A stretch of DNA of 64,000 bases from Toensbergia leucococca (taxonomy: Eukaryota). The notes below the pieces were generated by a model. That model was given only the letters and a program-made list of their open reading frames with translations. It was not told where the DNA came from and made no database searches. How positions within the stretch are numbered: the stretch's first letter is position 1; each line of letters opens with the position of its first letter. A program made the translations under genes and the position numbers. This document shows, piece after piece, positions 12,501 through 23,471 of the stretch. The DNA lies in assembly GCA_022813965.1 (NCBI GenBank), contig JALDZS010000029.1, positions 62,001-126,000 of the forward strand, read 5' to 3'.

Positions 12501-14614
12501 AAGAATTCTCTCAATGGTTCCGAAAGCCAGTTGAGCAGATACTTGAGCACGGAAGAGAGACCATGGACGAAGAAGCCAAGGCTATTATTTCAAAGCTTCA
12601 CAAGGTTCTAAGGCCTTACCTCCTCCGCCGACTAAAGGCAGATGTGGAAAAACAGATGCCTGGAAAATACGAGCATGTAGTCTACTGCAGACTGTCCAAA
12701 CGTCAACGGTACCTCTATGATGGCTTCATGTCAAGAGCCCAGACCCGAGAGACACTTGCCTCTGGCAACTACCTGTCCATCATCAACTGTCTAATGCAGC
12801 TCCGAAAGGTCTGCAACCATCCCGATCTCTTTGAGACGCGGCAAATTGTCACTTCGTTTGCCATGCCGCGGTCAGCTATTGCCGAGTTCGAAATCAAGGA
12901 GCTTCTTGTGCGACGACGTTTGCTGCAGGACAATCCCATGAACCACGTCGATCTAGAAGTGGTAAATTTACTTCCCGGCGCCAACGGGCCTACCTCTGCC
13001 CTTCACACTCTCCAGAATCAAAGACTTGGTGCTCTACATACGTTGAGACAGTTGTCTACCCAGCAGTACAGTCGGGTGAAATGGAACATGCCGCATGAAA
13101 GCACGTCAATTGGAGGCGCAATTGCCAAATTAGAGAATGATGCTCGGAGTTCTAGGCTTGAAGGACTTCGTCACTGCGCCTACCTGACTAGTCTACGAAG
13201 CCAACGGCGCCCTTTGTATAGCTATACTCTAGTTGATCGATTGACTATTGACCTAAAGCCCTCTGCCAAATCTCCAAAACGGAGAGCTGAGCTCGCAGAA
13301 TGCTTCTCTAGCATGTCTGACGCAATGAGGGACATGATGCCGACGTTATCTCAACGCTCTGAGCTGCTGGAGACCACAATCCAGAAGTTTGCGTGCGTCA
13401 CCCCTTCTGTAGTGGCTACTGACATGGCACCGCTAGCCTTGTCACGTAAGGGGGTAGAAGTGGTTCGGTCCGCGCAAAAATTATGCCCAGCAGATGCTTT
13501 TCATGAGGCTCGCATGCGACTTTCCATCGCCTTTCCTGATAAGCGTCTTCTTCAGTATGACTGCGGCAAGCTTCAACGTCTCGACACTCTCCTCCGCACC
13601 CTTCAAACGGGCGGGCACCGTGCCTTGATCTTCACCCAAATGACCAAGGTTCTCGACATTCTAGAGCAGTTTCTCAACATTCACGGGCATCGCTATCTAC
13701 GTCTCGATGGTTCCACGAAGATCGAACAACGTCAGATCCTCACCGACAGATTCAACAGTGATAACAGGATATTGGCGTTCATACTGTCGACAAGATCGGG
13801 AGGGCTAGGGATCAACCTCACAGGAGCGGATACCGTTATATTTTACGATCTAGATTGGAATCCAGCAATGGACAAACAGTGCCAGGACCGGTGCCATAGA
13901 ATTGGGCAAACCAGGGACGTGCATATTTATCGATTTATTAGCGAGTACACCATTGAAGCCAACATCCTGAGAAAGGCAAATCAGAAACGCATGCTTGACG
14001 ACGTCATCATCCAAGAAGGAGAGTTCACGACAGAATACTTCAACAAAAGCAGCGTAGGGGATACAGATACCCTTAACGATGAGGCTTTTGACGGAGATGC
14101 CGAGGCTAATGCCGCTATGGATCGTGTTCTTGGCGGTGGAGCTGGGAATAAAGTAGGCAAGGTTTTCGAGCAGGTCGAAGACAAGGAGGACATCGCCGCG
14201 GCCAAGCTTGCGGAGAAAGAGTTGGCGCATACGGACGATTACGATTTCGAGGAGAAGGCGATTCTCGGCAGCAGCGGAGAGGCCACTCCAAAGACGCCTA
14301 GACCGTTAACACCACGCGAACAGATGCCACCGCCGTCTGCTTCGATTCATACGCCAAGTCATCTGCACGCGGAGACGGTGGAGAAAACTATTACGATGGA
14401 GGTGGTAGAATCAGGTCTTGCGACGCCTGGTGGGATGGCCGGCCAAGAAGGTCCGATTGAGGAGGAAGAAGACGAAGAAGGAGGTCACGTTGACGAATAC
14501 ATCATTCGGTTCCTGGAGTGGCAATTAAAGGACGTGCCGGTCGCGCCTCCGCCTGACACAAGCAAGAAGCGGTCCAAGAAGGCACGGGATCATAGGCCTC
14601 GCAGGCCACGGTAA
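9560..14614 (+). CDS. SWR1: SWR1 Snf2-family chromatin-remodelling ATPase (H2A.Z deposition)
   Basis: 1684-aa ORF with an HSA-like region and an acidic tract. Motifs GILADEMGLGKTIQTI, LDEAHNIKNFRSQRWQ and LLLTGTPLQNNLTELWSLL; split ATPase with long insert; DLDWNPAMDKQCQDRCHRIGQTRDV. Confidence 0.96.
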   Translation: MSLNALHITDSTSTDPNLSTAAFHFQVKSPDWSTHQVPLKINDTACEDINNNNDGPLAKKRKLTDPASQPRSASRPLSPPWRKIAVEGPTSFVEGGRRKSSRTNLIPLELQPQADKRQTRAANHKNQPGKVKLSGASTHVPSPLTPSSSHSQINGKRPHSSEITTANLGIKIPAKGVDQRTIPAKHTTANNTPVKRSHKKKVPPRSITPVPKSASPHQTRRSVRASQAAEEVEGDQESDSNGTGESEAEEVTIVGSNYKPQRLNLKVRMPTVTIQHPGHVLPQRHFSSFRDWLEHDDPLGGDDSGHLSYEEASRQAKVRRRLAEAARPGGVLSEGRCSVIITEPQEEPSRQYAHQDHLIAHAVYFHKLMKQEQRHHLSSARRIVYAAAAEWKRRQPKTEDEVELDPREVAKAHYKQLRKDLLQKWEMINVEVERRRLQRWKEEQDVLGKQALNRVLEQSTQLLHNRRQRDLSETGSAGADQENSDDEEDHTSEGSSSGEQSQDESNMSSNQSESEEDLPANISDDDAGLTVEELRRKYAELPSENQEGRLHRDDERHEDVVVDDPESGNEMDLITFGTDVIRRSGVVETEARRRVRDTTTEDNGAENTDEVTDVLMDESDASTDMDDDMGDSDDESEASPDFGEESEASEEDRGLLGFFARKEYLNGENIVDASGPPDTSVITEISEGEADEVSLIPDATQVQTPSASNSEEPFLDLNGRIALKSGNASGEVEEVSRNVQTGKAAIEPSPLAKLISSGTSLHNHRDSLPSTPISSHPLKTPVPPLLRGTLREYQHYGLDWLAGIYANGTNGILADEMGLGKTIQTIALLAHLAVEHEVWGPHLIVVPTSVMLNWEMEFKKFLPGFKILTYYGSQEERKQKRKGWLDDDKWHVCITSYQLVLQDQQTFKRRAWHYMVLDEAHNIKNFRSQRWQTLLTFRTRARLLLTGTPLQNNLTELWSLLFFLMPSDSTDTGVGGFADLQEFSQWFRKPVEQILEHGRETMDEEAKAIISKLHKVLRPYLLRRLKADVEKQMPGKYEHVVYCRLSKRQRYLYDGFMSRAQTRETLASGNYLSIINCLMQLRKVCNHPDLFETRQIVTSFAMPRSAIAEFEIKELLVRRRLLQDNPMNHVDLEVVNLLPGANGPTSALHTLQNQRLGALHTLRQLSTQQYSRVKWNMPHESTSIGGAIAKLENDARSSRLEGLRHCAYLTSLRSQRRPLYSYTLVDRLTIDLKPSAKSPKRRAELAECFSSMSDAMRDMMPTLSQRSELLETTIQKFACVTPSVVATDMAPLALSRKGVEVVRSAQKLCPADAFHEARMRLSIAFPDKRLLQYDCGKLQRLDTLLRTLQTGGHRALIFTQMTKVLDILEQFLNIHGHRYLRLDGSTKIEQRQILTDRFNSDNRILAFILSTRSGGLGINLTGADTVIFYDLDWNPAMDKQCQDRCHRIGQTRDVHIYRFISEYTIEANILRKANQKRMLDDVIIQEGEFTTEYFNKSSVGDTDTLNDEAFDGDAEANAAMDRVLGGGAGNKVGKVFEQVEDKEDIAAAKLAEKELAHTDDYDFEEKAILGSSGEATPKTPRPLTPREQMPPPSASIHTPSHLHAETVEKTITMEVVESGLATPGGMAGQEGPIEEEEDEEGGHVDEYIIRFLEWQLKDVPVAPPPDTSKKRSKKARDHRPRRPR

Positions 14615-15479
14615 TTCATCACTTTAGCGGGACTGGACGGCTTGTACAAATAAGGCGTTACTACTCCACTATGTATAGTCGAGTGTTGCTTTCAAGGAGT
14701 GGGCGGCAACCTCCCGGAGCGTGATTACAAGCATTTTTTGGTGGTGGAGCCGGAGCGCAATTTTCGGTCTTGGCTTGTATAGAACCGAGGTGGGATCCCC
14801 TCAGAGGGAAGAAGAATACAATAGATACTTTTGTTGTTTTGACTTGCTGTAGTGATGCTGATGTGATCAGGTTTGTGCTTGTGCGTGAAAGTATTTGCAA
14901 TGGTCAAGACACAAGGCTTGGGAGTGCATCTCTAAGCATCTCATAGCTAGTGAACAGCATCTACAAAACCAAAAACAATCTTCGGTGCACAATCGCACAA
15001 TCGTCATTTGTACGAGTACAGCATCTCGTCTTATCCTAGACATCGTCCAAGGCGATTCCTCAAGTTACAGAGCATTATCTCAGGGATGGGGGAAGCACAA
15101 GCGTTGACGGGGAGTAAGAGTCTAAGAGAGGGAGTTTAAAATTCGGACAAATCATGACTCGGATGTATCTCATGCATTGGACTACAATTGAAACCCTCGA
15201 GTGATGGCTTTGACAACTTTTTGCTAATCGGCTTTTGAGACTTCCCTTTGTCAGAGCTACAACTTCCCCTGTGGGGGCTTTTATTACATGATAATGTGAC
15301 GGAATTTGAAGGTCGCTTTTAGAGAATGGCGGTTTGTTGCGTGGACAAAGTACTCAACCTACCAGGGTACTTCGAAGAGGTGTATCATGAGGGATAGATG
15401 GCATAAGAGCGTCGGTCGGCCACCTTAGTTGAGAGGTCCATTCAACGAGGTTGCGTGGTTTGAGACGAACGGTTGGTAT

Positions 15480-16953
15480 TCACGTTGACCTGTTCGATAT
15501 TGTCATGTTGCCAAGACTCCCATGGCTTTGTCCATTGTACTCGAGAAGAGTCGTGGAATTGCTGAGGAAAACGACAAGGACGGCGCAGTAACTGTTTCTA
15601 TAATTAGCCTCGTACCTGAGAACAAAACTCTCCCAAAAAATCAGAGGCTTTAGAAGGATACGTCACTCGTATACGTCACTCGTGGAGAACGAAGTATTGC
15701 CCTGAAAATTTGGAACGTACCCGGCAGTGGCTGCGAAAACCTCATGTCTCTTCGCTCGGGTGAAAATGGCGAGGAAGATGGCGAATACAAAGGTGAAGAC
15801 TAGCACAACCATGTCCTTGTCTACTCCATCCTCTCGCCATGCGTAGAGAACGAAGACTGGGATCATAAGCAAGAGTGTTCCGATGACTGTCAGGACCAAG
15901 CGTGCTAAGGTATCAAGCCTCGTTTTGGCGAAATAGGTCAGTAATTTATCATCGGTCCTGTATCTTTGCACCTTGGTTTGAAATAGTAACTGTAATGATT
16001 CTTAGCATTGAAGGGTTTATCTAGCCAATCCCTTTGAACAAGGTCAGGTGAGCCTGACCTTTGAGATGGGCTTTGAGATAGTTTTCATCGTCTCCTCAAC
16101 AATTCCATTAAACCAGCTGTCTTCCAGGTCACCCCCAAGGGCAACTAGGTCTTCGCCGTGCCGTATGAACTCGCGGTCGTCTCCAGCTAGCAGCTGATGA
16201 TTCTGAATGTAATTACTGTAGCTGCGCCGATTTCGGTTTGTAGGCTTTTTAAGCTTCATCAGCTCTCTAGCTCGGAACAGCATGTCGTCTGAAAATCATC
16301 AGCAAAAGCATTGCTGCTGCAGAGTGATCAGATGACCATATTCTTGCAGCTTGTTCTGGATGTTCGCTAGGAGTTCCTTCCTTTTCGGCCACTTCTGGTT
16401 GTCATCACGATTCCTCGATTTCAGATTTAAATGATGATCGTCGGCGTCGAGACGATGCAGTTTTCTCTCCATGGTGGAAAGCTCATCCTGTAGATGAAGC
16501 ATACACCGATGGCGAAGATATCGATACTGACGGTATTCCACGAAATTGGGATCACTCTCAACGAAGGCTGCCAGCCTTGGATATCCGATTCGAAAATCAT
16601 CCACTGTCTTTGCTTAGCACTGTCACCGCGGACCACATAAAGAGTAGTATTGCACCTTTAGGAATGATGATGTCAGGCGCTCTTCTCCATTGCTTCCATA
16701 GTGCTGTAGGGCTCAACATTCCAAGCACGGATATTAGCCGTATGCCTGGATGGAGTGTATCAGCCCCTATCGCCGGCAACTTCTTCAAAGGAATCGCACC
16801 GCTAATTAAGCTTTGATCCGATTTTGCGGACGGACTCCCATTACCATCCCCGTTACCAAGATCGCCATCAGAATCTAACTCTTCAAGAGACAAGCCAACT
16901 AGCGGTGGAAGATGAGTAGTCTGAGGAGAAAGCTGGGGGGAGGGTTCTGTCAT
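15480..16953 (-). CDS. DUF6594-like membrane protein, 5 exons
   Basis: Spliced product contains V-DDFRIGYPRLAAFVESDPNF...YRYLRHRCMLHLQDELSTMERKL, EDLVAL, and three C-terminal TM helices ending FTRAKRHEVFAATAG|YCAVLVVFLS. All four introns have GT..AG ends and branch points and keep frame. The N-terminal exon is less certain. Confidence 0.8.
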
Positions 16954-17977
16954 TTCGGCTGAGAGTGCTTGAGTTTCCGCAACGCCGACAGCAAGCACGC
17001 AGGTGAAAATTCAGATGGACAATGGAGCTCATTGAAATGAAGAGATGACAGTATTTTGCAGCCTGTTGAAGATAGGTAGTGTCGTGCGACGGGAGACAGC
17101 ATGTCAAGCTTGGCCAGGCCATGTTTAGTTGGGAAAGCACACCCCACGTTCTTAAAAGGAGGCGCAGAGAATGTGCTCCAAATGCTCCAATACAATGTAA
17201 AGAAATCATGGCACGGCAGCAAGGCGTGAGGGAAGGAGGACTTGATGGGGGCAGGAATCAACCTGATGGCTGGAAAAATGGCAGGCAGAATAGCGTGGGG
17301 TTCTCGGTTTGCAACCACTTGGAATGGAGCTCTGTGATTGGCGGCATATTCAGTAAATAAACCGAAATGGCGGGTAATGATTGATGATTTCAAGCACTGT
17401 TCCAAATCAAATGTCATACATGTCTGTGATACAAGACTGCATGACTCCTTGTGTTACCACACTTTGGAATCCTTCGGTCATGATTCGATGCCTCTTGGAT
17501 CCATACCTACTGTTCTTACTAGAAGCGCTTCTTGACCTCATCCAACATGTGCAGCCACCGAGCCTTCTTGCTAAGGTACTTACCCATCAAGTAAGAATGC
17601 GCTTTTACGCCTGACCTCTCCTGACATAGACTTACCTGAACCGCATGCACAGCGAAACATCAAAAATGCTGGTGAGAACAGGTCGGCACTCCAAGCATCG
17701 AGGAATAGAGCCCCAACCCTAGTCCCTAGAAATACGACAATTTGCTTCGCTTTTCTTTCTTCCCGTCTCAGGTCATACTTTTGGAATGCCCTTTGATCCA
17801 TGCACTCGTAGTATGTTTAGTAATTACTTGAATAGTATATATCGCAATGAGTGAACAGAAGAGATTCCTTGTTCTTATAACGTCGCATTTTAAGAACGCG
17901 CCTGAACAGCAAAGAGGGTAAATCGACTTGCCATGGTAACGACCTGCGCCTTCAGAGCTGAAAACGACCAGAACCCT

Positions 17978-18560
17978 TCATTGATCCTCCGGCGCAGGTT
18001 GCAGGTTTTCCTCCCATTTTTGTCGCCGGTCGCCTGGGTCTTTATAGATACCGTACTCAAAGCTTTCTCGAGCCACCGCAATAGAAGAAACCGTGTAAAT
18101 TTCCGTGCTCCATACTTGACCATCAAGGTACTGGACTTTATCACCAATTCGAAAGCGTGGTTGTCGCAGCTCCTGCTGGGGTATGTACGGCGTGGTGTTG
18201 CCCTGTGTATCACGAAGCTGGTAGTGTGCCTGACCGTTTTTTGCCCCAGTGGCAACACAAGTATATGGACCTTGACCGCCGTTGTGGTACAGGAGGTCGC
18301 CAGCCTCCCAGCAATTGACCTCCTGCTACTCTAAGTCATCAAATGTGCTCGCCACCATAGACAACATGCATACTTACGGCTTTGAAGGCTCCAGGCCCTT
18401 TCTTAACGGCTGAGAATTGAATTCTCTCGACGTCGTATTGAGGATTTGGTTGGAATCTGAAGTTTCGAGCGGCTACTAATGGGTTTGCTGACTACTTGGA
18501 TAAGCAAATTGCTGAATTAGGGCTTGGAATTTCAAGTCTGGTAGGATTTAGGCACACCAT
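17978..18560 (-). CDS. Small (~153 aa) hypothetical protein with two putative SH3/Tudor-like beta-barrel repeats; absent from the ORF track
   Basis: Model: ATG (18560-18558), intron 18557-18492, exon 18491-18378, intron (GTAAGT) 18377-18323, exon 18322-17978. The last exon is a stop-free 114-codon frame: ...WEAGDLLYHNGGQGPYTCV...YQLRD...IPQQELRQPRFRIGDKVQY...YTVSSI...YGI...WEENLQPA. Confidence 0.65.
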
Positions 18561-19991
18561 TTTGGGATTCGTTATGTCTAAAGAAGCACTGGACGTATTC
18601 TGGTATTGTCCATACATTGTATGATTCTTGAGGTGGCCTTATATGGAAAGTCGAGTGTCAAGGCTGTTGAATGCATGCATTGCCAACAATCAAGAAGGTC
18701 CATACTAGAAATACATCTGGATTTTGGTAAACTGCAAGATCGATTGCCTTCTTCTCAGCCTTGTGTTTATCAGCGCCCCTTTCCCGCAGTGTTGGGCAGA
18801 AACATCGAACACATGGATATGCCGACTCCAGCCGTCAATACTGAGTATGGCATGGCTATGGCCCTCTCAGGAATATGTCGTGTAACCAGCGTATGATAGG
18901 TGCGTGGAACGTTACGTGCCGGGGGTTGGTGTTGAGCATCTCCAATAGACGAGTCGGCGTGCCACACTTCACGTGCCCTTCCGAACGGAAAGCTGCACAG
19001 ACTTTTTGGCTTATTCGAGCAGAGTATGAAGTCACTTGGATGCCTCAAGTCTACTCGTAGGCTTGCCGACTAATGATTAAATGAGATCAGGTATGGAACC
19101 ACAACGTATGATCATAAGTAGAGAACCGCCGCTTATTCAACGTTTGGAAACACAGTCCAAAATCAAACATCAGTTGATACCACCGCCTTTACGTTCTCAC
19201 TTGGTACTATTCACCAAAGTTATGGAGAGATAGCTGCCTTATATTGGGCCTGAAGCGAGCCGCCAGTCGAAATTGATACTGCTTTGACATTGGCTACCGA
19301 TCGAATGAGTGTGCCTGCAGTCCTGGATTGTTTGATATCAACGAAGAGCGGTGATGCCTAACGCATCTAAATCCTTTCAGGTGGAATCGAAAGGACAAAT
19401 GAGAAATGTTATGTGAATGACTTTCCCTACCTATTGCACGGCATGTGCAAGTATAGTGGCGTAGCTTAGAGCCATTTGACTGGGTGTCAACGATTCTGCG
19501 GCGTTCATACCTAACGAAGCTATGCGAGTGAACGCCGTGTCTTTGTAGGAGGTGCTGAGAAAGCGCAAGGCTTGAATGAGAATAGGGAACACAAATGAGG
19601 ATTGCAGCAGGTAGTTTTTCCAATACGAAACTAAGATAGCTTGTCGACCGAGTAGCGGGTTTCATAAATAGCCTGGAAAAATACAGGTATTACTCAAAAT
19701 CTCTTTGGTCGGATGTATCTTTTCATAGAGAGTGCAGTGTGTGCCAGCATAGAGAAGGTATACTCATGTCTGGAAGATTGACCGGGCTAAACGTCTATGG
19801 TTTGGGATCATGTTCTCCGAGGCCCGAATTCTGCCGAAGTTTCGATTAAATCTGTCGGTCCCTAGAGTCCGACAAAGTCATGGGAAGATGCTAGAAGAGA
19901 AATACAATTGAAAAGGGGTATCAAACATGGAGAAAAAGAGGCGCCCGCAAGAGCCACGCTAATAAGCCTTTAGTTTCGCCAACCCCCAGTT

Positions 19992-22900
19992 TTAGTCGTC
20001 AAGATCAATGATTGTACTCTCCTTACGAGTAGGAAATTGTTTGGGGCATGCTGAAGTATGGTTGCCAAGGTCCTTAACCCACGACATGCTCCTACCTGAT
20101 CCATCCCCGGCTTCTCCGACCTCTTCAGTCTCCCTGATCTGCCAGTCGCCGTGCTCGGTAAGAACAATAACCCTTGCATCGAGTCGTCCAGCCTCTTCGA
20201 GCTCATGTCTCACCTTCATCAAAAACCCATCAATTTCCAGGTACTGCGGGCGAGCATCTGCACCACAGATCGGACATTTGAACCGCTCCGGCCTACATGG
20301 GTCTCTCGATTTATTCTCCTTGCGGGTCTGGAGAAAGATATCAAGATCGAAGCATTGACTGTGCCGGCACGTCTTTCCACGTGCTGGAGTATTGAAAATC
20401 CGCGAGGTGTAGGGATCAGTAAGGTCTACAGCGACAGAGGAGTCCAGGACTTGAACGTCGGGATCCAAATTACCGGAGTGTTTCATAATACGCTTCCAAG
20501 CTTCTGAGCAATCCAGTCTAGCGATATCATCTTTGATCTTCTTCGTGTTTGTGATCTCGACAGCTTCCAATCCAAGTGAGTAAATCACCTTTTCATCGCC
20601 AGCATATCGAATGATTGAGACCATAAGGGTATTGTCGCCCTCCTTGATGTAAGGAGTGACATCGACTGGCAAGTCTTTGCCATGGTGGATTTTGCGGCGG
20701 ATTTCCAAGACAGTATCATTTAGTTGTATAGCGATATTGGCAGGCCAGGTATTCTCAGCTACAGCCCATTGACTCTCAGTCGGGTCATCACCGATAGCGG
20801 TCATGTTCACACATCGAAGGCGGCAGCTACAAGAGCCCATACGCATAGCCCTTGTGGGAGGAGAACCGAGTGAAGTGATAAGATCCGTGGCTAACGATTC
20901 GATGAATTTATTTGTGGCTAGGAAAACTCCTCTATGATAGCATTTCTCAAGGCTCAATTGGATTGGTCCTGCAGCAAGGCTCTTGAAATACCGGAAATAC
21001 TCATTTTTATCGTCTCGCTCGTCCGTTATATCGATCATTTGCAATATGGGACTTCTCACATGTGCTTGGTGAAGTGCAGATGTAAGTGGACGGGGAGAGA
21101 TCGATGCTGGCTGAATGTAACCTGGGGGAGGCAAGAGCCGTTGGGTCCGTTGCCCCGGAGCTTGTTGACTAGTATCACATTGTGACTGGTGGTAAACGTT
21201 TCCAGCTTGGTGGTGGCCTGCTACTAAAGACCCCAAACTGACTGGGTTGAAGGGGATTGCGGCTGAATTATTAACACCTGCTACCTGGGCTTGAAAACCA
21301 GTCAAACCAGTTGGGCTATGTTGGGATGCACCCGCATGCCGATTTCTTGGTGCAAAGGTTCTTGCGGGCCCCGGTTCATAGTGTCTCTGCCCGATAGAAC
21401 TTTGAAAAACCGCTGGTAGTGATTCTGATTCTATTGATTGAGTGACATTCTCCGAATAACTCCGGAATGAACGACTTAGAGATGAAGGTCTCAAGCTGTC
21501 CGAGGTTGAAGAGACCCTTCGTTGGGGTTGGGATGGCACATGACCAGGCGGGGCCACATACATTACTGAGTGGGAAGGAGTGCTTGAAATCTCTCGCATA
21601 TAATTATGTGGAGACTGCGGAGACTGTTCTTCTAGCGATGCAAGCATCTGAGCCACGGGGTTCCTTTCTGCGTCTTGCGTAGTAGACGAGGGCATTGTGT
21701 GGGTCGACCATAACGTCGAAGGAAAGCTCTGCTGCGCACTATGTATGTTATTCCTCAGTGTCGATCCCTGACCCGATGAGGTAGGACTCAGAGCGTTGCG
21801 TGCAGCGTCCTGTTGCGCAACTCTCCCTAAAGCATTTACAGTACTCAATGTGGAGACCCGAGCTTGAATCAATGACGGTGGTGGCATGGGAGACAAATCG
21901 CTCGGAGCCCGAATAGTGCATTCCGGCATCATGGTTGGTGCCTGTCTCCGTAAATGCTCATTGTGATGACGCCAAAGACGCCGATATTCGGTTACCAGGG
22001 AAACGTTGTAAGAATGCGCTTCATCAGGCACTTGGTATGCATGGTTCTGTGATAACCTTTCCTGGGCCACTTTCTGGTTTCGCAGAAATATTTGAAACCC
22101 ATCGTGATAGCATTGGTCTTGTTCACCAATCCAATAGTCGCGGTAGATAGCTGTACAGATAACACGCTGGAGGATAGGTGAGTCTGCCCCAATCATTATG
22201 TGGAGCTCATCGACCAGAGGAGGAAAACACCGCTTGTGACATTTAGCTTGGAGTTGCTCCCAATCTTTTGCAAGCACTGCTAAACAAAAGTGAACTCTTT
22301 TGAACGCTGATTGGAAGTTGGGACGAGTATGTAATAACGTATGAATAGGACGAGGAAAGGTCGAGAACCATGAGATAGCTTCAGGCGTCATGTGCTTATT
22401 CAGAAGTATGAGACGGCTAATGACCTCTAAGCCAGCTGCTTGTTCTGGACCAAAGTGCTGGAGTTGGTCGAATATAGTAGGCTGATGAGTGTTCAAGCAA
22501 TAAATTTGATGGAGCAAAAGATAGAAATAATCCGAAGTCATGCAGGCATCTTGAAGTAATTTTAGTCGTGGCCTCTCAACCGTACCTCTTGCAGCATCCC
22601 CGTCTTCGAGATCTCGGAGACGATCAGTGATGGCCCGTGAGAACTCGTCTTGCATCTCAAAACTCGAATGGGTAAGCTCTGGTATGATGTTAACTGTATT
22701 GCTGGTAATGACAGTGGGACGTTGGGACAATCGATCTTGGATCGCCGGCAACGGCATCGGCGTATTTTGTAGCCGCTTGCTAGAAGGCAATTCATGTCCC
22801 AACATCCTCTTCCTTGATTCGACTTGTGCACTCCCCATGAACATCTCGCCTTGCTGTTTTGCTGATGCTTCTTCGGACGTATCTTGTGATTTTTCGACGC

Positions 22901-23471
22901 TTTGTAGACGTTTTTCAAGTTCTTCGATCCCTCCGTATCTCTCAGCCAACTCGGTTAAACGCCTGTGGTCAGGTTCTTCTGCGAGGTGTTCTTGCTGCTC
23001 CTCGTCCTTTTCGAGGTCTATGATGAGAGCAATCTCTTGATTAGGTTCATCACTAGGGGCTGGAGAGGGAAGTACGGTGTTTGTATCAACAGGATATCCC
23101 TGGACCCGATGGTTTGTAACGTTAGCCATGCTAGATAAAGACACATTTGACAATGTCTCCGGTGGCGTTTTTCTTTGGGATTGGTTCATGGAAGCAATCG
23201 TATCACACGGAACAACTGGTTCAAGACTAGGTACATTCTGTGGCGGAACATAATTCTCTCCAGTACCAGAAGGTTTCAGGCCGGACCTTTTGAAGGTGCT
23301 CCGAGGTGCTAATTCTTTCATATTTGCATTTGCCAATTCTATCATCCAGTCCTTCTGTTTACCTCCAAGAAATTTAGTCATTGTCGAATTTGATTGCTCA
23401 AATCCTTTGGCTGTGGCATTCAAGGGTTCAGAGCCACCCTTATTTTTGGGGCGCTTTGGTTGAGAAGGCAT
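19992..23471 (-). CDS. MIZ/SP-RING zinc-finger protein (ZMIZ/PIAS-like)
   Basis: 1159-aa ORF. C-terminal VDLTDPYTSRIFNTPARGKTCRHSQCFDL...FKCPICG is an SP-RING, preceded by RRKIHHGKDLPVDVT; terminal SIM-like IIDLDD. Confidence 0.88.
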   Translation of the reverse strand: MPSQPKRPKNKGGSEPLNATAKGFEQSNSTMTKFLGGKQKDWMIELANANMKELAPRSTFKRSGLKPSGTGENYVPPQNVPSLEPVVPCDTIASMNQSQRKTPPETLSNVSLSSMANVTNHRVQGYPVDTNTVLPSPAPSDEPNQEIALIIDLEKDEEQQEHLAEEPDHRRLTELAERYGGIEELEKRLQSVEKSQDTSEEASAKQQGEMFMGSAQVESRKRMLGHELPSSKRLQNTPMPLPAIQDRLSQRPTVITSNTVNIIPELTHSSFEMQDEFSRAITDRLRDLEDGDAARGTVERPRLKLLQDACMTSDYFYLLLHQIYCLNTHQPTIFDQLQHFGPEQAAGLEVISRLILLNKHMTPEAISWFSTFPRPIHTLLHTRPNFQSAFKRVHFCLAVLAKDWEQLQAKCHKRCFPPLVDELHIMIGADSPILQRVICTAIYRDYWIGEQDQCYHDGFQIFLRNQKVAQERLSQNHAYQVPDEAHSYNVSLVTEYRRLWRHHNEHLRRQAPTMMPECTIRAPSDLSPMPPPSLIQARVSTLSTVNALGRVAQQDAARNALSPTSSGQGSTLRNNIHSAQQSFPSTLWSTHTMPSSTTQDAERNPVAQMLASLEEQSPQSPHNYMREISSTPSHSVMYVAPPGHVPSQPQRRVSSTSDSLRPSSLSRSFRSYSENVTQSIESESLPAVFQSSIGQRHYEPGPARTFAPRNRHAGASQHSPTGLTGFQAQVAGVNNSAAIPFNPVSLGSLVAGHHQAGNVYHQSQCDTSQQAPGQRTQRLLPPPGYIQPASISPRPLTSALHQAHVRSPILQMIDITDERDDKNEYFRYFKSLAAGPIQLSLEKCYHRGVFLATNKFIESLATDLITSLGSPPTRAMRMGSCSCRLRCVNMTAIGDDPTESQWAVAENTWPANIAIQLNDTVLEIRRKIHHGKDLPVDVTPYIKEGDNTLMVSIIRYAGDEKVIYSLGLEAVEITNTKKIKDDIARLDCSEAWKRIMKHSGNLDPDVQVLDSSVAVDLTDPYTSRIFNTPARGKTCRHSQCFDLDIFLQTRKENKSRDPCRPERFKCPICGADARPQYLEIDGFLMKVRHELEEAGRLDARVIVLTEHGDWQIRETEEVGEAGDGSGRSMSWVKDLGNHTSACPKQFPTRKESTIIDLDD

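Noticed and set aside
17890..18334. Track ORFs 17890-18258 (-) and 17933-18334 (+)
   Set aside because: They are off-frame or antisense shadows of the spliced gene at 17978-18560.
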